Assembly (NCBI GenBank): GCA_964016885.1
Contig: OZ024741.1
Coordinates: 46,872,001 to 46,936,000 of the forward strand
Length of the DNA: 64,000 nucleotides
Direction of reading: 5' to 3'
Source of the DNA: Eledone cirrhosa
Lineage: Eukaryota
The position numbers and the translations under genes were made by a program. Below are positions 60,193 through 64,000 of this stretch, in pieces. Position 1 is the stretch's first letter, and every line of letters starts with the position of its first letter. A model generated the notes under the pieces. It did no database searches. It was not told where the DNA came from and saw nothing but the letters and a program-made list of their open reading frames with translations.

Positions 60193-62732
60193 GAAAGCCA
60201 GGAGGCGCCTGACCGAAAAGGCGAATGAGAGAGTGAGAACTTAAAGTTGTTAGTTTTATAGGGTTCTGACCGGAAGTTACAGAAAGGGTTCTACTTCCTG
60301 TCTAGATGGTGTTAATCTATTGGGGTTGTGAGTGTCACAACAAGGGAGACAACTCCTGCTACATAACCTCCCGCCAGAATTTTAGAATATAAAAATCGAA
60401 TGAAATATGTAGCAAGTTGGCGAGAATGTTGTAACACGCATGAAAATTACGACAAAAGAATGTTTGCAAAAATCAAGGTAGCCAACCGCTCTTGGCCAGA
60501 GAACGACTGGACATCTATCTATCCATCACCCAAAGATACAATGTAATAAAGTAAGAGAAGAGCTCAAAGTTCAAATGTACAAAATATAGTTCACAGGTGT
60601 GCAATCACATGACAGCAGGAAAGAAAGTGTGTTCCAGAGAATGAATGCAGGTGGTTTCTGTTCTGTGGTATATCGTGAAATTTCCAACCTCCGAATGGAT
60701 TTTCTCACAGGGAGAGTGCTGCAAAAATAAATTCTCTGGCTTGTTCTGCTGGTTTTGGTTGTTGGTGAAGCTGTGTTGCTGTTGATGTTGTTGTCTCGCG
60801 GAGTGAGCGTATTCGGTGTTTAAATTCACAGTAAAAAAAATTTTTTCGGAAAAAATGAGTTGCGCAAAGTGCTAGAAATAACAGCCGAAGTTGATGGTCG
60901 ATGTTGAGAATGCGTTGACCTGGAAGGGTCAAGAGGCCAGCGACCAAAGAAATAAGCATTCTGAATAAATGCGCAGTTTTCAACGGCAAATTTACGTGGT
61001 AAATTTTTAAACCGGCAAATAGGAGAATATAGCTTAAGGCTGAAGAATCCTTGGCGAGAAACGTTATCTCTGGCGTGCGGCTATCTCTGTGAGTCGAGAT
61101 ATCTCTGTGAGTTGAGAATTTGTGCTGCCTACACGTGCCAATACAAGGTTAAGTTAGGTTGAAAAAATAATATTTCTAACACGCGAGAAAATGGCGCGAA
61201 AATGATAGTGCAACAGGTCGTTGGCAGCCATTTTGAAAAAATGTGTGTGAAAGTGACAATGATGAAAAATAAAGGCTTCACTTAGCATAATTATTGGTGT
61301 GAACTTTGAAAAAAAACTTGAACGATGAAGAAAACGATGAAAAAAAGGCAATGGTTGAGTTCATCGAAAATAAATGTTCCTGTTGAAATGTTTTTTTAAA
61401 AAAATCAAATTTCTTTTTTTTTTTTAAAGTGTTCGTTGTAAGAAACGAGAAACATATATATATATATATCGTGAAATGCGACAGTTAGTTGATGCGTGAG
61501 AGAAAAAGTCTGTCTGTGCGAAAATTTCACATGTGCGTTTCTTTGACTGCGTATTTTCATAGTTTGTCAATAAAATTTGCTGTGTATTCGTAATGTTACT
61601 CACACAACACCAGATTCTGCTATTTTTTTCTTTTTTCGGGGTCACTTTATAGTTTCCATTTTTTTTATTTTGAATCTCTGGCACAGGATGCAAAGGTTAA
61701 TTCCTTCCACAATCTGGGCTGTCACACCACATGGGACAGAGAAATAGAATTTGCTTTGAGTAAAACAACAAATATTTACTGTAGACTCATTCAAACCCCA
61801 GAAAGTGACGATTTTCTCAGGTGGGGATGTTAATGCCGCTTACACTTATATCACAACAAAGGCTAACACCCAAGAAATCTCTCCAAAGCACTTGATTCAC
61901 TTTATGATTCGATTTGCACAGACTTACATGGTTTTTGATAACTTTGCAGAGTTGCAACAATATGATTTCCTGAGAAATAAATCTAAAGTAAATGCTTCCG
62001 ATTTTTTTCAAATTCAAGAAAGTTCTACCTTCCCTACTCCTACAAGCATAGATTCAAGTTCTAATGATCACAATGGCCTCCTATTTTATATGGTTTCTCT
62101 CTATAAAGTAGAAAACGCCGGAAGTAGCGCAGAGGTATCAGACTACAAACAAACCTTAATCCGAGGATTTAATAACGACCGAATGACACACCCGTATAAA
62201 TATACTCAAGATATGATGCTAAGCGGACCATTATCTAAGATAATCAAAAACGATCAAGTGTTCCAAATCATGTCCGCGATGGACTTTTTCTTGTATGGAC
62301 AGAGCGATCATGAATTGTCACTACTGCGCAGAGGAACAGTGTTAACTAGGTTTGATGGGATGAACATCCTTGAAGTTCTGGATCATTTCCGTAAGACTTC
62401 AAGTTTGACTGTAGAAAATCTAATCTGCGCTATCGTGAATGAGACCGGTGCCACAGAGATGAGAAGGATTATCAAAGCCTTGAATACAGAAGCGTCTTTT
62501 ACAGAAATATTTCCGTATCAGAAGTCTCTGGGATTAGTGAAGAAGTGCGTCTTTTCAGCGAGTGCCTGGCGAAAGCCAGGAGGCGCCTGACCGAAAAGGC
62601 GAATGAGAGAGTGAGAACTTAGTTTTATAGGGTTCTGACCGGAAGTTACAGAAAGGGTTCTACTTCCTGTCTAGATGGTGTTAATCTATTGGGGTTGTGA
62701 GTGTCACAACAAGGGAGGCAATTCCTGCTACA
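60193..62732 (-). mobile_element. Small non-autonomous LTR element; 5' LTR (62732-61648) split by a viral insert, 3' LTR (60363-60193) truncated
   Basis: ~165-bp direct repeats starting TGTAGCAGG on minus. PPT GGCGGGAGG (60375-60367). LTR end CTATA at 61648, followed by tRNA-Trp PBS-like GTGACCCCGA (61645-61636). TATAAAA in both repeats. No gag/pol recognised. Confidence 0.72.
61683..62565 (+). pseudogene. Endogenous viral element: rhabdovirus-like nucleoprotein (N), N-terminal ~290 codons
   Basis: ORF 61805-62590 contains ISPKHLIHFM, IMSAMDFFL..HELSLLRRGTVLTRF and FPYQKSLGLVKKCVFSASA. These are colinear with rhabdovirus N motifs recalled from VSV (IVAAVDMFF..HECASFRYGTIVSRF; YMPYLIDFGLSSKSPYSS). 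In-frame ATG at 61688, with stops at 61745 and 61757. Confidence 0.82.
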
Positions 62733-64000
62733 TGTCCATTGTAATGCAATGAGGTGGCCAGCGGAATCTACCGGTATATGTTGCTCCAATGGAACGGTTA
62801 GATTGCCTTATTTACAAGTCGGTGCCGAACCTTTGAATTCTCTGCTGCTTGGAGACCACCCTGATTCTAAACACTTTTTCAGAAATATAAGAGCCTACAA
62901 TTCGGCTTTCCAAATGACAAGCTTTGGTCATACACCAATAAAAGATGGGAATTATATGCCCACATTTAAAGTGCAAGGCCAAATTTACCATCAAATAGGA
63001 TCACTTATTCCACAAGATGGCAAAGAACACAGTTTTCTCCAGATCTACTTTATGGGCAACGGACCTGAAGAAATTGCACGAAGGGCTTCAGTTGCTAAAG
63101 GAACAACACCTTCTCTTCTGCAGCCCCTTCAATATATGCTTCATTCCATAAACCCGTACATCACCATTTTCAAAACTGCTTTACAACGTAGAGATGCTAA
63201 CAACAATCAATACAAGGTTGTCATTCGAAATGACTGCGCCCCACCAGGACAGCATCAGGGTTGCTTTAATAGACCCCAAACCGATGAAGTTGCGGTGATT
63301 ATAACACGTCCTAATGAGAGCGCTTCAAACCGTGATATTGTTATTGAATGGCAGGACTCGCATCTTCAAAAAATAAATGAACTTCATCCCGCATATGATG
63401 CTCTCCAGTATCCATTGCTGTTCCCCTTTGGCGACGATGGCTACCGCATTGATTTGCAAAAGTGTAATCCTGTAAGTTGAATGCATCTTACACCAGGGAA
63501 AACCATTTCACAAATGGAATTTTATGCATTTAGACTTATGTTTCGCAAAAACGACGTCAACATTCTGCATAGAACACGGATGCTCCTCAATCAATACTGT
63601 GTAGACATATTTGCTAAGATTGACACTGAACGCCTCCAATGGATAAGACATCATCAAAAGGAACTGCGTTCAGAAGAATACGGCAATCTACGTGACGAAG
63701 TAAACCGAAATGATCAAGCTAATGCTTCGGATGTTGGGCTTTCTGTCATTCTCCCATCATCATACACTGGAGGCCCCCGTTACATGCATGAAAAAATGCA
63801 GGATGCTCTGACCTATGTCCGCCATTGTGGCCGTCCTGATCTTTTTATCACCTTTACATGCAATACAAAATGGTTTGACATCCAGTCTCATTTACTTCAT
63901 CCAGAGTGTTTCACATGAAGCTTATAAAAGTGATAGATGTTTTAAAATACGGACAACTTTTTGAACCAGTAAGGTGCTTCATGTACACAGTAGAATGGCA
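62733..64000 (+). mobile_element. Second Helitron Rep-helicase pseudogene fragment (N-terminal region), runs off the window
   Basis: HCNAMRW..CCSNG, FFRNIRAYNSAFQMTSFG, AYDALQYPLLFP.GDDGY, ILPSSYTGGPRYM, GRPDLFITFTCN; stop at 63478-63480. Confidence 0.92.

Noticed and set aside
60364-61635. Short minus-strand ORFs inside the small LTR element
   Set aside because: No gag, pol or viral motifs recognised; treated as non-coding internal sequence.

Overview
Gene-free, AT-rich animal (invertebrate) genomic DNA. The repeat families resemble those I recall from octopus/cephalopod genomes; that assignment is an inference. The backbone is a large degenerate (TA)n/(TACA)n/(TACATG)n microsatellite field, which explains the many 'YIYI' ORFs. 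It is packed with nested mobile elements: two decayed Helitron Rep-helicase fragments at the window ends; several Penelope-like elements (PLEs, RT + C-terminal GIY-YIG) with about ten hammerhead-ribozyme motifs; four RTE-clade LINE copies with (GAT)n tails, three retaining a PHD finger in ORF2; an RTEX-like LINE with an inverted 5' half; five co-oriented copies of a ~610-bp bipartite RTE-derived non-autonomous element; and a truncated CsRn1-like Ty3/Gypsy element. The standout is at 60.2-62.7 kb. There, an ~880-bp rhabdovirus-nucleoprotein-like sequence, flanked by a 5-bp direct repeat, sits inside the 5' LTR of a small minus-strand LTR element. It lies between that LTR's TATA box and its AATAAA, in antisense orientation, making it a candidate self-contained antisense antiviral cassette. 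Protein family calls are by-eye motif recognition, not database searches.
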